Part shown: positions 62,963 to 64,000 of the stretch, in pieces
Layout: every line of letters starts with the position of its first letter
Position numbering within the stretch: position 1 is the stretch's first letter
Origin: Escherichia coli
GTDB taxonomy: Bacteria; Pseudomonadota; Gammaproteobacteria; Enterobacterales; Enterobacteriaceae
DNA: 64,000 bases
Reading direction: 5' to 3' (one strand)
Assembly (NCBI RefSeq): GCF_050320075.1
Contig: NZ_CP190018.1
Translations under genes and position numbers: made by a program
Notes under the pieces: generated by a model
Told to the model about the DNA's origin: nothing
Database searches by the model: none
Seen by the model: only the letters and a program-made list of their open reading frames with translations

Positions 62963-63127
62963 TTTCCTCTCGAGGGAGCGCGTTCTCCCTCGCATCTCCT
63001 TCCTGTTTGTTAGCAAAATGGCAAAAGTGTTTTCTCTTTTTGTTATTTTCATTTTTTTGTGATTGCTGTCATGCTTTCGCCACTTTAATGAATATCGCGT
63101 AATGACGCGAAGAGGTGGAGATAAGGC

Positions 63128-64000
63128 ATGAAAATTAACTATCCGTTGCTGGCGCTGGCGATTGGCGCGTTTGGTATCGGGACAACGGAGTTCTCGCCAA
63201 TGGGCTTGTTGCCCGTCATTGCGCGCGGTGTGGATGTCTCGATTCCCGCTGCCGGAATGTTAATCAGTGCCTATGCAGTTGGCGTAATGGTTGGCGCGCC
63301 GCTGATGACGCTTCTACTTTCTCATCGTGCCCGCCGCAGTGCGTTGATTTTCCTGATGGCGATTTTCACGCTCGGCAATGTACTTTCCGCCATCGCGCCG
63401 GATTATATGACTCTGATGCTTTCACGCATTTTGACCAGCCTGAATCACGGAGCATTTTTTGGTTTGGGTTCAGTTGTGGCCGCAAGCGTGGTGCCAAAAC
63501 ATAAACAGGCCAGCGCAGTTGCCACTATGTTTATGGGGTTAACCCTGGCAAATATCGGTGGCGTGCCGGCGGCGACCTGGTTGGGTGAAACCATCGGCTG
63601 GCGGATGTCATTTCTGGCAACGGCGGGGCTGGGAGTGATTTCAATGGTAAGTCTGTTCTTCTCATTACCTAAAGGTGGCGCAGGGGCGCGACCTGAAGTG
63701 AAAAAAGAGCTGGCGGTATTAATGCGTCCGCAGGTGCTGTCTGCATTGCTGACGACGGTACTGGGAGCTGGTGCAATGTTTACCCTCTACACCTATATCT
63801 CTCCGGTACTGCAAAGTATTACCCACGCAACGCCGGTGTTCGTTACGGCAATGCTGGTGCTGATTGGTGTCGGATTCTCTATTGGTAACTATCTCGGCGG
63901 CAAACTGGCAGATCGTTCAGTTAACGGCACGTTGAAAGGCTTTTTGTTGCTGCTGATGGTGATTATGCTGGCAATCCCGTTCCTGGCCCGCAATGAGTTC
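63128..64000 (+). CDS. ydhP: MFS transporter, 5' partial (runs off window end)
   Basis: ORF begins MKINYPLLALAIGAFGIGTTEFSPMGLLP..., open to the window end. Confidence 0.85.
   Translation, partial: MKINYPLLALAIGAFGIGTTEFSPMGLLPVIARGVDVSIPAAGMLISAYAVGVMVGAPLMTLLLSHRARRSALIFLMAIFTLGNVLSAIAPDYMTLMLSRILTSLNHGAFFGLGSVVAASVVPKHKQASAVATMFMGLTLANIGGVPAATWLGETIGWRMSFLATAGLGVISMVSLFFSLPKGGAGARPEVKKELAVLMRPQVLSALLTTVLGAGAMFTLYTYISPVLQSITHATPVFVTAMLVLIGVGFSIGNYLGGKLADRSVNGTLKGFLLLLMVIMLAIPFLARNEF

Overview
This window reads as a contiguous, colinear segment of an Escherichia coli K-12-like core chromosome, reverse-complemented relative to the usual MG1655 orientation. I recognise essentially every gene from the translated ORFs. 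Gene order is rplT-pheM-pheS-pheT-ihfA-btuC-btuE-btuD-nlpC-ydiV-selO(ydiU)-hemP(ydiE)-aroH-ppsR-ppsA-fadK-ydiT-ydiS-ydiR-ydiQ-ydiP-ydiO-ydiF-aroD-ydiB-ydiN-ydiM-ydiL-rprA-ydiK-ydiJ-menI-ydiH-sufABCDSE-ldtE-lpp-pykF-ydhZ(fumD)-ydhYVWXUT-ydhS-ydhR-valV-valW-ydhQ-mdtK-ribC-cfa-punC(ydhC)-punR(ydhB)-purR-[IS1]-ynhF-ydhP (partial). The one clearly strain-variable feature is a complete 768-bp IS1 flanked by a perfect 9-bp target-site duplication, inserted between purR and ynhF. I also see an ERIC repeat, two sRNA loci (rprA certain, rydB candidate), two tRNA-Val genes and several recognisable operators and terminators. I found no CRISPR array, prophage, integron, toxin-antitoxin pair or defence island, and nothing that I could honestly call a previously undescribed system. 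The most under-characterised loci are ydhYVWXUT, ydiQRST-fadK with ydiO-ydiF, ydhQ, ydhS/ydhR and the repeat-rich ydhT. All identifications come from reading the sequence and recalled knowledge of E. coli; no database search was run, so base-level differences from any reference cannot be excluded.
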